Positions 42,416-55,909 of a stretch of 64,000 nt of DNA are shown here, piece after piece. This DNA comes from Octopus vulgaris. Taxonomy: Eukaryota. Positions within the stretch are counted from its first letter, which is position 1, and the number at the start of each line of letters is the position of its first letter. The position numbers and the translations under genes were made by a program. The stretch spans positions 14,136,001-14,200,000 of the forward strand of contig OX597815.1 in NCBI GenBank assembly GCA_951406725.2, in the 5' to 3' direction. A model generated the notes under the pieces. That model was not told the DNA's origin. It searched no databases and worked only from the letters and a program-made list of their open reading frames with translations.

Positions 42416-42598
42416 GTCATCGTTATCGTCATTATCATAATCATTATCTACATCTTTCTTATCCTTCATATCCAGCTCCCCATCTTCATCATCAGCAGCA
42501 GCAACAGCATCTTAGTCACCATGATCATCACCATCATAACTACCATCATCATCATCAACATCAGCATCATTTTCATCTCCACCACCACCACCACAACC

Positions 42599-42632
<34 letters not shown>

Positions 42633-42640
42633 TCATATAT
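41900..42640. repeat. Compound (ATC)/(GTC)/(ACC) trinucleotide region with ~240-bp higher-order duplication
   Basis: catcatgaatatcatcatagttatcatcaatttcc..cttctcagcgtcatc occurs at ~41955 and ~42185. Confidence 0.85.
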
Positions 42641-43294
42641 CTAAAGCGAATCTACTTTAATGATTCAATCATGCTTACTTTGATTCGAGAAAATTATCAT
42701 GTTTGAGATTTATCCATGTTCAAGCATAAATTTCACATTCTTCCCCTTCATCTATTAACCACCGCCAACTTTCAGGCGAGCAGTCTATTAACATAAGCTA
42801 TTCTGTACTTCTAAAAGGAAAAAAAAATACATTTGCTTCAACTTAGAGTCTAAGGAAACACCAAGATAACATTTGTAATTATCTGCCAGGCGCTACTTTT
42901 GTGATTGGGATATTTATCATAGAATGTTCCATCATTGTATATCGTGTACTCTCGTATGTTAAACAACTACTCATTACGCATAGTTGCTCGTATGGTATTT
43001 GTAGATATGTATGTGTGTGTGTGTGTGGATGCGTAATATATATATATGCACATATAAAATATATATGCAAATACATATGTATATCTGTATGTATATATTT
43101 ATATGCATATACATACACATATATATATATATGTATGTATATATAAATATATCCATATATGTGTGTGTATATATATATATATTCATATATGTATGAAAAA
43201 TATATATATATATGTGTGCATATATGTATGTATATATATATATATATGTGTGTGTGTGCATATATGTATATACATATATATATATGTATGTATT

Positions 43295-43480
43295 TGTGTG
43301 TCTGTGCTTGTCCTTCCATCATCGCTTGACAACAGATGCTGGAGTGTTTACCTCCCCATAACTTAGCGGTTCGGCAAAAGAACCGATAACATATGTACTG
43401 GGCTGTATTTGTTCGACTAAAGTCGGCGCTCCAGCAGCGCCGCAGTCAGATTTCTGAAACAAGTAAAATATAAGAGAATA
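43295..43480 (+). mobile_element. SINE 3' half with LINE-like tail
   Basis: cgcttgacaac..acttagcggttcggcaaaagaaaccgataa..ggcgctccagca..gcagtc..tgaaacaagt. Confidence 0.65.
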
Positions 43481-43483
43481 AAA

Positions 43484-43521
<38 letters not shown>

Positions 43522-43618
43522 TATATATGGGTGTAAGTAGGTACGTACGTATGTATGTATGTAGGTATGTATATTTGTATGTATATACCAGAAACCAGAA
43601 TACCTAATCGATATTAAT

Positions 43619-43687
<69 letters not shown>

Positions 43688-43923
43688 AACACTTGTTTCA
43701 TAAGACATGCAAAATATCAATTACGTGTTCATAAAACTTTGTTATGGGAACAAATGCCGCCGGCTCCACTTGGCGTGTATTGCCGTAGAAAGGGGCCGAT
43801 AGCATTACTTCACGTAACTGCGTGTTATATACACGTCACTAATGTTAATTCTTCCTGTTGGTTTAATCCACATGAATATGAATGACTAACAAAGTACCAC
43901 TTGATAGAAAGAATGAAAAAGGA

Positions 43924-43982
<59 letters not shown>

Positions 43983-44099
43983 GAGGAAAATCAGCTTCGA
44001 CATTAACTACAGTAATCGAACATCTTGGTCTACTAAAGACTGTATAGCCTTCTAATGACAACACCAATGTAACGGCGTACTTTCTACAGTTCAAATCAG

Positions 44100-44751
44100 A
44101 AGCCTTTGACCAAAGGTAGTAAAACGGCGACGATCTGGAAACGAAGCAGTAATCACGTCAATGTAAGCATTCAATGTCACCCCGCTCCCCCCAAAAAAGC
44201 GTGTGAAGTGAAGTCCAGTGTAAAGACGATGCAGATTTGTTTCATTGATGTGAAAGGAATTGTTCACATAGAATTTGTTCTTCCAGGTCAAACTGTTTAC
44301 CAGACATTTTCGAGACGCGGTAAGATGACCCCCACCCCCCGCCCGCCGGGTGGCAAAGTGCAGAGTGGTGATCTCATCATGGCAATGCGCCTCCCCACAT
44401 CGCCTTCAGTGTGAAACAGGTTTTGACTAAAAATGGCAGGACACCCGCTTAACCACCCTTATTCACCCGATCTTGCTCCCCGCGACATTTTTTATTACCC
44501 CGAATGAAAAAATTCCTTGAAAGAAAACGTTTTGCGGATGTGGGAAAGGTGAAGAAAAAAAACCACAGACGCGTTAAGAGGCATCACTTCGCAAGAGTTA
44601 AAGGACTGCTTCGTACAGTGGAAAACACGTCTCGGCCGATGCATTGCTTCAGATAGAGAATACTATGAAGGCTAAAATAATGTAAACGTGCAAAGCTAAG
44701 TGAATAAATTAATATTGCAAAATTCTGGTTTCTTTTTGGTACCTCCTCATA
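44100..44751 (+). mobile_element. Mariner 3' fragment
   Basis: KTMQICFIDVKGIVHIEFVLPGQTV, HHGNAPPH, PYSPDLAPRD, WKTRLGRCIASDREY; TIR-like end ..ggtacctcctcata. Confidence 0.85.
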
Positions 44752-45210
44752 TCTTAATTCCACTAACAACTGATGGGGCTAGTATAATCACACAAGCATG
44801 CACACCGGCTAATAACTCTTCCCTCATTGCCTAGACAGCCAAGCGCTAGCATTTAAAGGACCAGCGAAATCGAAGTGTAGTCTTGACCACGGAACATTTA
44901 CTTCTTAAAACAGGCTGTCCTAGAAGTAGAAATTTTAAAGTCTATCTACTGTATGAATACTAGTGATACCATGTGACCTGTCGTCACCGATATAAGTCCA
45001 AAGTTCATAACCATCTTGAACCTTCTGCAATTCCATCATCTTTTGCCCAAAGATCTAGCTTAGTTTTACAAGGCACACAAAACTTTAAGTACCATGGAGC
45101 CGAATGGAACTGTTATTAAATATGTGCAATTCCTAAAAGTGTGTTGAGAACCACTTTATTCGTTTGTACACACACACTCTTACATACATACATGCATACA
45201 CGCCCCCCCC

Positions 45211-45252
<42 letters not shown>

Positions 45253-45559
45253 TTAAAACGTTGGATTGATATAACGTCCACTTAGGTATACAGTGCACGT
45301 AGTAAAGCCACTAAAGACACGACAATCTGTGGCCGACTTCTACGTACTCTGGTACTTCACGTACTTCTTTTTATTTATAGTGACTAGGCTATTCCATTCG
45401 TCACGTGGAAGATGCGTACCATTATTACTGATTCCCTACAACGTCTCTCCTTTTAAGTTTTTCTTAGGAAGTGTCATTTTATTTAGCAATATTTTTTAAT
45501 AGAGTTCTATCTTTAAGAGATGAGGAATTATGTACATTATTTACATTTTTTAATTCCCC

Positions 45560-46615
45560 CCACCTCCTTTCTTTGAGCTTTTGATTTTTCGTACAATATA
45601 ATATTTTTTGCGCCTGATATCTATTTTCAGGAGCTCTCTATGTTTTCTTTTCCTCTTGTACGCTAGGGTTCAATCACCTGTAGTTGTGTTGGTACTTGGA
45701 ACGTATCGTACAACCATTCCATCGGTTCTTCCAACTTCTTCGGTTCGTTATCCACGAATCACTTTTTCACTTGGTTCCTGTGTCTCTTTCCTATGCCTTT
45801 TCTACTTTTTACCCAATACATCATTTTACCTATGCATTTGGTAATTACGCCATCTTCCTAACTCTGCTTTCCATTCTTGTATGCCCTCGTATACACCTTT
45901 TCACCAACTTTAAAGACCCTTGCTGTGACTTCCCGGCACATTTCCTTTTCTTGCTAGGTAACAACTTATCAAAGACTGATTTTACTTTCCTTGTAAGTAT
46001 CAGCTCCGCTAGTTAACTACCTGCTGGTGTATTCGGATTTGGTGTCACACGGTACACTCTTTAAAATGGTTGTTGAGATACCTCATCTATGACTTATTCC
46101 ATTTTCTAAGGACTCTTTTGAAGGTAAATTAGATCTGGAATGGTATGGCGCCGTAGTTATGTGTTCTACTACGAATGTTTCACAATTTTTGTTACATTCG
46201 CTAGACACAAATTACGTTCCATTGTCAGACTTGTCTAGGATGCTGAATCTTGCAAAAAATTAGTGTAAAAATTTATCACAGTTGAGGAGACTGGTTTTTT
46301 TACATTTGCGAATTTCAGGCCATTTCGAAAAACTACCAACTATTTCTGAGTAGCAAGAGCCATTTAAAGGACCAGCGAAATCGATGTGTAGTCTCGACCA
46401 CGGAACATCTACTTTTAAACGACGTTTACTTTTTATCGTGGGTTAATTTTTAATTCATTTTGGCTTACACTTCGAATAGTTCCATCCAATCTGTGCCGAA
46501 TAAATCAATTGAACATTTTTTAACACGTATATCTTGGCCTTTTTCGCTTGACCTCGAAATTTTACATTACATACGAATTCACCGAAAAAATATAATCTTT
46601 TTCCCGTAACATCAT
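45560..46615 (-). mobile_element. Ty3/Gypsy pol remnant (protease piece joined to integrase)
   Basis: GEFVCNVKFRGQ; PWSRLHIDFAGPL; SDNG; HITTAPYH. A 55-bp piece is duplicated at ~44850-44905. Confidence 0.8.
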
Positions 46616-46761
46616 CATAAAATAATAAAAATAATGATAATAACATTTAAAAATACCTTAGGAATGAGAGCCCAGGTTCCAAATTTCTTCAAGACACCTG
46701 ATGAAGGCTAGAGAGTATATCTACCCTCCAGCATCAAACAAGATGAGGACAAATAATTCAA

Positions 46762-46818
<57 letters not shown>

Positions 46819-47088
46819 GTGTGTGTGATTGTGTATAGAAGAATATATTAATAAAAAGAATTCCAACCTTGTCTGATTTTCACGTTTTATTTACAATCTT
46901 ATAATGATATATTATAAGATAATATATTATAATTGAATAAAATAAAATGAAATAGTAGAATGTTAAATATTCATTCTGATTGAACTAGTACTTTCATGCA
47001 TTGAATTCTGCAATCTTCGGGTTCATGTAGTAGTGTTGACAGTCATGCTTCACAATTTTTGACTGTGGCAAGATGAGTGATTCTGTGC

Positions 47089-47203
47089 TATAAATACAGC
47101 TGGGTAGGCTCCAGAGTGCTAGGTTTTGCAAACTGTATTCTGACCAATCAGTGTGTAGTATCACTCAATTACTTAAGCTGATTGGTTGGTTGAGCTGATT
47201 GGT
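47089..47203 (-). promoter_or_regulatory. Putative Pol II promoter (three CCAAT boxes + TATA) in the foldback spacer
   Basis: ccaatcag/ctgattgg at ~47144, ~47179, ~47196; TATAAATA/TATTTATA at 47089-47096, ~30 nt from the arm boundary at 47065. Confidence 0.5.
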
Positions 47204-47284
47204 TTAGGCATCACGCTTTGTTGGACAGGTCAAGAGTCCTGTATCAGTCAAAAATTGTGAAGCATGACTGTCAACACTACTACA

Positions 47285-47329
47285 TGAACCCGAAGATTGC
47301 AGAATTCAATGCATGAAAGTACTAGTTCA
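47285..47329 (+). ncRNA. Minimal hammerhead motif (U4C); mirror 46981-47025
   Basis: tgaac-CCGAAGA-t-tgca(gaattcaa)tgca-t-GAA-AGTACT-A-gttca. Confidence 0.7.
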
Positions 47330-47697
47330 ATCAGAATGAATATTTAACATTCTACTATTTCATTTTATTTTATTCAATTATAATATATTATCTTATAATA
47401 TATCATTATAAGATTGTAAATAAAACGTGAAAATCAGACAAGGTTGGAATTCTTTTTATTAATATATATATATATAGGTATGTTTAATTATATGTATGTA
47501 TACTTGTGTATGCACATCTACATATACATAAGCAGGTAGGCATACATATGCGTATATATATATATATATATACATACATGGTAGGTTCTGTAAGTTTAGA
47601 GTGAATACTTGATAAGTGTAAGCACCTGTATCTGTTAGATAGTGACAGAGGTGAGAGAATATATCAAAAATAAATTAAAAACAGAACATAAAGGATA

Positions 47698-47792
47698 TCG
47701 CGGTACACGTGTTTCAAGCTTTATAAACAATCTGTTGTTACATCAGTGTATTATTGATATAAAATATGGTTTAAAGCTCTCTTCAGCCGCAA
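47698..47792 (-). ncRNA. Hammerhead ribozyme motif, canonical core, long helix II (decayed mirror ~49626-49724)
   Basis: ttgcgg-CTGAAGA-gagcttta...taaagctt-GAA-ACACGTGT-A-ccgcga; GUA triplet. Confidence 0.8.
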
Positions 47793-48307
47793 ACATTGTT
47801 AGTCCAAAGATTACATCACGTTATCAAAAGTACACGTAGTATTACCCATTATAATAGGTTTATCATATCTCTTTGAAAAGGTATATTGGTATAAAAGTTC
47901 GTTGGATTTCAAAAATCAGCCCATACTGTACCACCATTCAGCATAGAATGAATGTTAAATTTATTAGATTGAGTTTATATTTAATTAGCGTGTATGAGAT
48001 AGAAAGAAAAAATAAAAGTTAAAAAATAAAGAAAGAAATAAAAGTAATAGAAGTAAAAAACAAGAGTAATAAAAGGAAAAATAAGGATGATAAAGTTAGA
48101 TACACATATGAATAAGATAAAATAAATCTTATTTATATGTGTATCTAACTTTATCATCTTTATTTTTATTTTTATCATCCTTATTTTTAATTTTATTACT
48201 CTTGTTTTTTACTTCTATTACTTTTATTTCTTAATTTATTTTTTAACTTTTATTTTTTCTTGCTATCTTATACACGCTAATTAAATATAAACTCAATCTA
48301 ATAATTT

Positions 48308-49458
48308 TTTTTTTCTCTAGTTTCAGATCGGAGCTGCGGCCATGCTGATGCACCGCCATTTTGTGCTACACTGTTATTACGAAGAACCTCGTCTAACATG
48401 TGGCACTTGGTGAAGAATGGAGTTTGATATACCTACTCTCATTTGCACCTCTTGCCGTGAGGTAGGTTCATCTGGGACTCTTGACAAGAAGATGTCCAGC
48501 TTTGATTTAAAAACCGCTACATCTACTTTGTGCAAGTTCCTCAGACTCTTTGGGAGAATATTAAAAAGCTGTGGGCCCTTGAAACCCAGGCTGTTGCAGA
48601 AGCTGGTCCTGACGCGTGATGGCATTGCTGGGATCTTTGGCACCAGGCAGTGTCGTCCCGTTCTACAATGCCAAAATTTGGCACAATTCCTTCTAGGATC
48701 TTCCAGACATATATTACTGCATACCTCTCCCGTCTTCTCTCCAGGGAGTAGAGTCTTAGCTGTTTCAACCTTTCCCAGTATCTGAGCTGTTGCAAAGAGA
48801 CGATCTTCTTTGTGAATCTTCTCTGGATTGCTTCAAGGTCCGCTGTTAATTTTACACTGGTGGGTGACCATAGCTGTGAGCAGTAATCCAGGCGACTGAG
48901 GACGAATGTCCGCCAGAGGACCATCATGGTTTCCTTATCTCTGGTTCTGAATGTTCTTAGGATCCACCCAACCAGTCGTCTGCACTTTGTCGCCATCCTG
49001 GTAATGTGCACTTGGAAAGAGGTATCATCACTCATGTCGATATCCAGGTCCCTCACAGACTTAGGCTCTGGGATTGAAATTCCCTGTGGACCAGTGTATC
49101 CTGTAAGTTTAATATTCAGTTTTGGATGCTGGTAGCGCAGGGCCTGGAATTTTTCAGCATTAAACTGCATATTATTATCCTCAGCCCATCTGTAGATTGA
49201 GTCCAACTACTGCTGCAGGTGTGCAACATCGCTGGGGTTCTGTATTTTCTGTGAGACTTTCGTATCGTCTGCATAGCTGGCCAGAGTGGCTATCCGGGCA
49301 TTTGAGGGCATATCTGAGAGGGCCACTATAGAAAGCAGTGGTCCAAGACAGTGCCCTGTGGAACACCGCTCACTATTTGTGTGTTCATAGAGGTGGCTCC
49401 ATTAACCACTACTGCCTGACTCCTATCTTTCAGGAAGTCATGTAACCACACTCCAAGT
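48308..49458 (-). mobile_element. 5'-truncated CR1/L2-group LINE (RT C-terminal half + 3' UTR)
   Basis: SGVPQG, YADDTK, WAEDNNMQFNAEK, SRLDYCSQLWSP, LEAIQRRFTK, LYSLERRRER; 3' hairpin + A tail. Confidence 0.95.
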
Positions 49459-49784
49459 TTTAACATTCACTCTATGCTGAATGGTGGTACAGTATGGGCT
49501 GATTTTTGAAATCCAATGAACTTTTATACAAATATACCTTTTCAAAGAGATATGATAAACCTATTATAACGGGTAATAGTACGTGTACTTTTGATATTGT
49601 GATGTAATCTTTTGACTAACAATGTTTGCGGCCGAAGAGAACTTTAAACCATCTTTTATATCAATATTATACCTATGCTGATGTAATAACAGATTGTTTA
49701 AAAAGCTTCAAACGTGTTCCGCGATATCATTTGTGTTCTGTTTTTAATTTATGTTTGATATATATATATATACATATATAGAGA

Positions 49785-50100
49785 AGACCCCTTCGCTCAT
49801 GAATGACCATGGGATTGCACATAGAAAGTTACTCTCCGAGGCACAAGTCCGGGCGAGGTTGTTTATGGTAGGCCAGCAGTCGCCCATGCATACCAGCCTC
49901 CCATCTCCACACCACTGATGTTATCCAAGAGAAATGCAAAGGCTGATACAGCTTGGCACCAACGATGTCGTAACTCATTTCTGCAGCTGAGTTAACTGGA
50001 GCAATGTGAAATAAAGTGGCTTGCTCAAGAACTCATCACACAGCCCCATCCGGAATCGAACTCACAATCTCGCGATCGTAAGCTCGACGCTCTAACCACT
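49785..50100 (-). mobile_element. tRNA-derived SINE
   Basis: agtggttagagcg (A box)..gagttcgattcc (B box)..cttgagcaag. Confidence 0.8.
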
Positions 50101-50248
50101 ATATATGTATATATATACATGCATACATATATATATATATACATACATACACGCACACAAACACACACACACATATATATATATATATACATACACACAT
50201 ACAAACACACACACATATATATATATATATATTTATACATACATCCAT

Positions 50249-50279
<31 letters not shown>

Positions 50280-50297
50280 TATATATATATATATTAT

Positions 50298-50498
50298 GTA
50301 TAAACAGAGTCTGGATAGATTCCTTCAAAGAATACCAGATAAGCCACCCATAATTGGATACAACTCACCCAACAAGAACTCACTACTTGAACAAAACTTG
50401 ACTTAAACAGGATTCGAATAATCCTATCAGGTGGTGCTATTAAGTTAGACATGGCCTGGACCAATCTTTCGTCGAAACATATCTAAGTTTATCTAAGT

Positions 50499-50500
<2 letters not shown>
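50298..50500 (+). mobile_element. LINE 3' tip (related to 1217-3000)
   Basis: KQSLDRFLQRIPDKPPIIGYNSPNKNSLLE and (atctaagttt)2 tail. Confidence 0.75.
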
Positions 50501-50541
<41 letters not shown>

Positions 50542-50791
50542 AATACACACATTTATATACACACATACATATATCCATACCGGATCACATATGTGTACAA
50601 AACAGATATTTAATTCATAGAAAATAGAAAGCTAGACAGGTAGTATTTTGCATAAAGTAACTGGAAACATTTATGTGTAAATGAAAATGGATCGATACGG
50701 TGATAATTATATGGAGAGGTTTGTGCATATTCTGACAGGTCAGTTTGTGAATTGAAAAATACATGCATCGGTATCTCTCTCTCTATATATA

Positions 50792-50828
<37 letters not shown>

Positions 50829-50938
50829 GTATGTATATATATGTATGTATGTGTATATATATATATATACATATATATATACATATATATACATATATAT
50901 ATATACATACATATATATATATACATATATATATATAC

Positions 50939-51127
<189 letters not shown>

Positions 51128-51642
51128 TAAATATATTTGTATTTATCTATATAATTATAATTTTATATAAATACGTACATACATGCATATTTGCACATAT
51201 ATATCTATATATATATATATCGAAAAAGAGAGAGAGAGAGAGAGAGGGGGGCTATGTGTTAACTGATGGAGAGAGATAAATAGATTCGTTGATGAATAAA
51301 TCATTTAAATCACATTATTTCGAAAACTGAAATAAGTTTATCTACTTATCCAGGTACGTTTACGGTTTGTTTCTTTTTTCACCATTACCTACAAAATTTG
51401 TTCCTTATTTTGTATCTAAGTGCTATGTTAGGATATTTAGCTGACTAGTAATTATACAGCAATCACAATATATATATTCTAATTACATTCAATTATTTTC
51501 TAGTAACTATACTAAATATCAGCAAAAGGCTGGCCGACGTCTTCAACACAAAATGAAATTCAAAACATTAAAAATTCACTCGTTACTCGCTCCTGCAACT
51601 TTTATCATTGGCCAGAGTTTAAGGTTCAATATATCGGTATTT

Positions 51643-51950
51643 GTGGAGGCCCAATCGCCCAGTGGTTAGGGCAGCGGACTCGTGGTCGTAGGATCGCGGT
51701 TTCGATTTCCAGACCGGGCGTTGTGAGTGTTTATTGAGAGAAAATACTTAAAGCTCCACGAGGCTCCGGCAGGAGGTGGTGGCGATCCCTGCTGTACACT
51801 TTCGCCACAACTTTCTCTCACTCTTTCTTCTGTTGGCCTGCTCGCTTAGCCAGCGCGATGGCGTCATCTGAAGGCTAAAACAATGCGAAGCGCATTGTGA
51901 CGGGCGATGTGTAACAACATCTGATAGCCTGGTCGATCACGGTGACGGTG
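51643..51950 (+). mobile_element. tRNA-derived SINE with 12-bp TSD
   Basis: tRNA-like head cccagtggttagggca..ggtttcgatttcc; atatcggtattt at 51631-51642 and 51951-51962. Confidence 0.9.
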
Positions 51951-52298
51951 ATATCGGTATTTTATATATTATCAAGTCATAAACTGAACTGCCTTGCACT
52001 CCTTAATAACTTTAATGATCTTTAGGGAAATCTTTAATATCGCAACTAGCCATAATCTTATGCCCTGTGAAAATATATAGGCATCTATTGTTTCTTCATC
52101 TTTACGTAATAACTCACTTCGGTTTAGTTTATCTTAGTGTACCTATTCTATTTCATCGAATGTGTTTGATATGTATTAACATCCACAATGCAAATGCAAA
52201 GGAATAAGTGAATATGTGTCCCTATACATCTATATCGTTTCTCTTTCCCTTTCTTTCTCTCTCTCTCTTTCACTCTCTCACTCTCATTCTCTCACTTA

Positions 52299-52351
<53 letters not shown>

Positions 52352-52427
52352 TCTGTATGTATATATATATAGAGAGAGAGAGAGATAGATAGATAGAGAG
52401 ATAGAGAGATAGATAGAGAGATAAATT

Positions 52428-52496
<69 letters not shown>

Positions 52497-52954
52497 GTCA
52501 ATTTACGTGTTATTCGAGTAAAATACATCCATATATACGCAGTCTACAACTGGTTCCATATAAGAAGCTTCTCGAGAGTTTGGTACGTTACAGCCCCAGA
52601 TCTGCAAAATTTTTCAGGGCTGATGAAAAAGAAAATGAAAAATTTAAAGATGTCTACCAGATGAAATGCGCTATCCTGTAACCATTGCTCTGGATATTGC
52701 TAATATTCGCTCTCCTCGATATAGGTTAAATTGTGAAAAGAATTAAGAAAGAATATTGGCTAAATTTGTTTTGTGGACTTGAATTAATACCGTGAGATAT
52801 TCCTCTAAACTTTAAAAATTGAGTTTTCTACTTTTTGTTGTGATACCAAACATGTCATTCCCTGAGCGAAAGTGTATTGTCTGCAGCTGCATTGGACACT
52901 TATCTGGTGATCTACGTATATATACATACGTAGTTGTGGATCTCGGTCACTCGA

Positions 52955-53105
52955 CGATGTATGGCAAGAAGCTTGCTTCTCAGCTATATGGTTCGTGATT
53001 CAGCACCACTGCGTAGTTCCTTGGGCAAGTGTTTTCTACTATCCCCTTAAGCCGACCAAAGCCTTGTGAGTGGAATTGGTAGACAGAAACTGAGCCTGTC
53101 GTATA
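52955..53105 (+). mobile_element. Decayed tRNA-derived SINE (family of 10215 and 31100)
   Basis: cactgcgtagttccttgggcaagtgttttctactat..ccgaccaaagccttgtgagtgga. Confidence 0.7.
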
Positions 53106-53562
53106 GTTGTGGGTGTATGTACATATGGTGAGTGTGTGTATATCTATATTTTGTATAAATATATATCTAGAATGAGAGACAGCGAGAAAGAGAGAGAGGG
53201 GGCAGACAATCAGAGAGAGTGTAACCATTTGTTATATATACATACAGATACACAGACACACAGACACACACAGACGCACCACCATCTCCACTATGGCTAC
53301 TTCAGTCTACGGGATCTGACATTACGGAAACTGAAACATTACCATTAATTTCGGATATGGTCTGTAATTTCGTGCTTACATAGACTCGAATTGCGTAGTT
53401 TAGATTGTTAACGATTTAAAGCAACACTTTCTTAGTTTAACAGTCAGTTGCATTTTAATTAAGCGTAAATTATATAGGTTAACGACATGAAAAACTATCG
53501 GCACATTACGCACATACATTCACATACATACACATATCTGTATATCATGTACATAATGTGAC

Positions 53563-53616
<54 letters not shown>

Positions 53617-53869
53617 GAAGACTATGAGAATTATTTAATACAGTTTTCAAGTGAAAGGTGATTTTTTTGATTATTTTTTTTAATTATGTTATAAAATCTT
53701 TTATCGGGATATTACTAAACTTTTTGGAGAAGAAGTGTTTTTTTTCCCCTACGGTGTGATCACTTTCTCGTTGTGTGTGTGTGTGCGCGCGCGCTTGTGT
53801 GTGCGCGCGCGCTTGTGTGTGCAAGCATGCTTGTCTATATGGTTGTATGTTCTCTTTCTCTTTTTAATT

Positions 53870-54410
53870 CAGAGTAAATTTTGATTAGCCTCCGACTTGG
53901 TAGCAAGGTTATGAAGAAAAGCATCATGTTTTGTTTATCAGATCTTAAGATCTGGTCGATCTTTATATTCCCAGGTGCCATTTGTAGTGTATGAATTAAG
54001 AACGCAAGTTCAAACATGATTTGCTCCAGAAGGGTTGGCATGTACCATGTTGCTCCACTAGTAACAGGTATGAAACTGAAAGAGTAGCTTCGGTACTGGA
54101 TTTCCAAACTTCTTATTTATGGTCAATAAATGTTTGATTTCTCTAGGATTTTTGGGACCACATTAGTATTTCGAGAGGTAGCTGATCTCCACAACAGAAT
54201 ATATATTTTCCTTGTGGTCCCACACAAAAATATCTCGCCGGTTTTTTTTTTGTATTTTTACATTCAACCAATATTCTTTTGACTCGCCGGGCCCAATATA
54301 GTTAACTTCGTCAATAGGTGTTTTCATTTTTGTTATCGGGCTCTATACCGGTATGGCTACTGAATCATGCCTCCAAGGGAGATAATATCTAGAAGACATT
54401 CTCTGGCAGT
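53870..54410 (-). mobile_element. R4/Dong-like LINE endonuclease fragment
   Basis: RMSSRYYLPWRHDSVA; DIFVWDHKENIYSVVEIS; SFIPVTSGA. Confidence 0.7.
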
Positions 54411-54534
54411 TGGCGGTATATATGTATGCATGTCATTATTTCTTGCCAATAGAAAAAGAGCCAGTCTCCAACCTAGATCCAAGGCTCCTTCATTGGAATT
54501 TCAACATCAACAAGAGGGTATTTTTATATGTATG

Positions 54535-54566
<32 letters not shown>

Positions 54567-54674
54567 TGTATGTATGTATGTATGTATGTATGTATGTATG
54601 TGTGTGTTTTGTTTTATGTATATATTCTCATGCATATAGTTGCATGCGTAGACATGCTCAAGTATACTTAAATG

Positions 54675-55057
54675 GTGGAGGCGCAATGGCCCAGCGGTTA
54701 GGGCAGCGGACTCGCGGCGTAAGATCGCGGTTTCAATTCCCATACCGAGCGTTGTGAGTGTTTATTGAGCGAAAACACCTAAAGTTCCACGAGGCTCTGG
54801 CAGGGAATTGTGGCGAACCCTGTTGTACTCTTTCACCATAACGTTCTATCATTCTTTTTTTCTGTTTCTGTTGTACATGTATTTGAAAGGGCCGGCCATG
54901 TCACACTCTGCGTCACGCTAAATTTCCCCGAGAACTACGTTAAGGGTACATGTGTCTGTGGAATACTCAGCCATTTGCACTTTAAATTCACGAGCAGCTG
55001 TTCCGTTGATTACATCAACTGAAACCTTCGTCGTCATAACCGACGGAGTGCCACGAG
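54675..55057 (+). mobile_element. tRNA-derived SINE with 9-bp TSD, inserted in an R4-like 3' end
   Basis: Same head as 51643 and 61510; acttaaatg at 54666-54674 and 55058-55066. Confidence 0.9.
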
Positions 55058-55215
55058 ACTTAAATGATAAAAAAGTTTTACAGATTTTTACAGTTTCTTT
55101 TAAACAATTAAGCGAGCCACCCAGCGAACTTAGTTGACCTTTCTGATATTTTGAGAGTAGAATAAATCCCCATGAATACAACTATGTTGCCCAAATCAAT
55201 GGATCAATGATGAAC

Positions 55216-55216
55216 T

Positions 55217-55252
<36 letters not shown>

Positions 55253-55509
55253 TGTGATTGTGTGTGTGATTGTGTGTGTGTGTGTGATTGTGTTTGTTTG
55301 TGTGTGTGTGATTGTGTTTGTGTGTGTGTGTGTGTGTGATTGTGTTTGTTTGTGTGTGTGTGATTGTGTGTGTGTTTGTGTGTGTGTGACTGTGTTTGTT
55401 TGTGTGTGTGTGTGACTGTGTTTGGTTGTGTGTGTGTGATTGTGTTTGTTTGTGTGTGTGTGTGTGTGTGTGTGTTTGTTTGTGTGTGTGTGATTGTGTG
55501 TGTGTGTGT

Positions 55510-55543
<34 letters not shown>

Positions 55544-55800
55544 TTGTGTTTGTTTGTGTGTGTGTGATTGTGTTTGTTTGTGTGTGATTGTGTGTGTGTG
55601 TGTGATTGTGTGATTGTGTGTGATTGTGTGATTGTGTGTGATTGTGTTTGTTTGTGTGTGTGTGTGATTTTGTTTGTTTGTGTGTGTGTGATTGTGTTTG
55701 TTTGTGTGTGTGTGACTGTGTTTGTTTGTGTGATTGTGTTTGTTTGTGTGTGTCTGTGATTGTGTGATTGTGTGTGTGTGATTGTGTGTGTATGTGCGTT
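55216..55800. repeat. Complex (GT)-rich minisatellite
   Basis: Variants of gtgattgtgtttgtttgtgtgt. Confidence 0.9.
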
Positions 55801-55909
55801 TGCGTCTGTTTAGATGTGGAGAAATTTTTGCTAAATACGTAAGAGAAAGAGCTCACTAGCCGAGGTCTACATTGATTCAAGGGCCTACAGATTCTTACCA
55901 ATGGGGCCA

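Larger units (their letters stand above)
46843..47467. repeat. Foldback: 223-bp arms (46843-47065 / 47245-47467) around a 179-bp spacer
   Basis: Arms read as exact reverse complements; (TA)n on both flanks. Confidence 0.95.
47659..49763. repeat. Large foldback (left arm 47659-48119; right arm 48127-48307 + 49459-49763) interrupted by a LINE
   Basis: 47659-47959 pairs with 49459-49763 and 47958-48119 with 48127-48307; arms are diverged. Confidence 0.9.

Noticed and set aside
41890-42469. Acidic Asp-rich protein ORFs
   Set aside because: Trinucleotide repeats open in several frames; no splice or domain evidence.
46690-46730. Half-hammerheads (also 3566-3572, ~12080, ~28590, 39628-39678, 57682-57690)
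   Set aside because: Core or GAAA half missing or mutated; probably decayed pLTR relics, not counted as ribozymes.
51643-51720. tRNA gene (also 54675, 57945, 61510, 50030-50100)
   Set aside because: tRNA-like heads continue into SINE bodies, several with TSDs; no intact cloverleaf evident.
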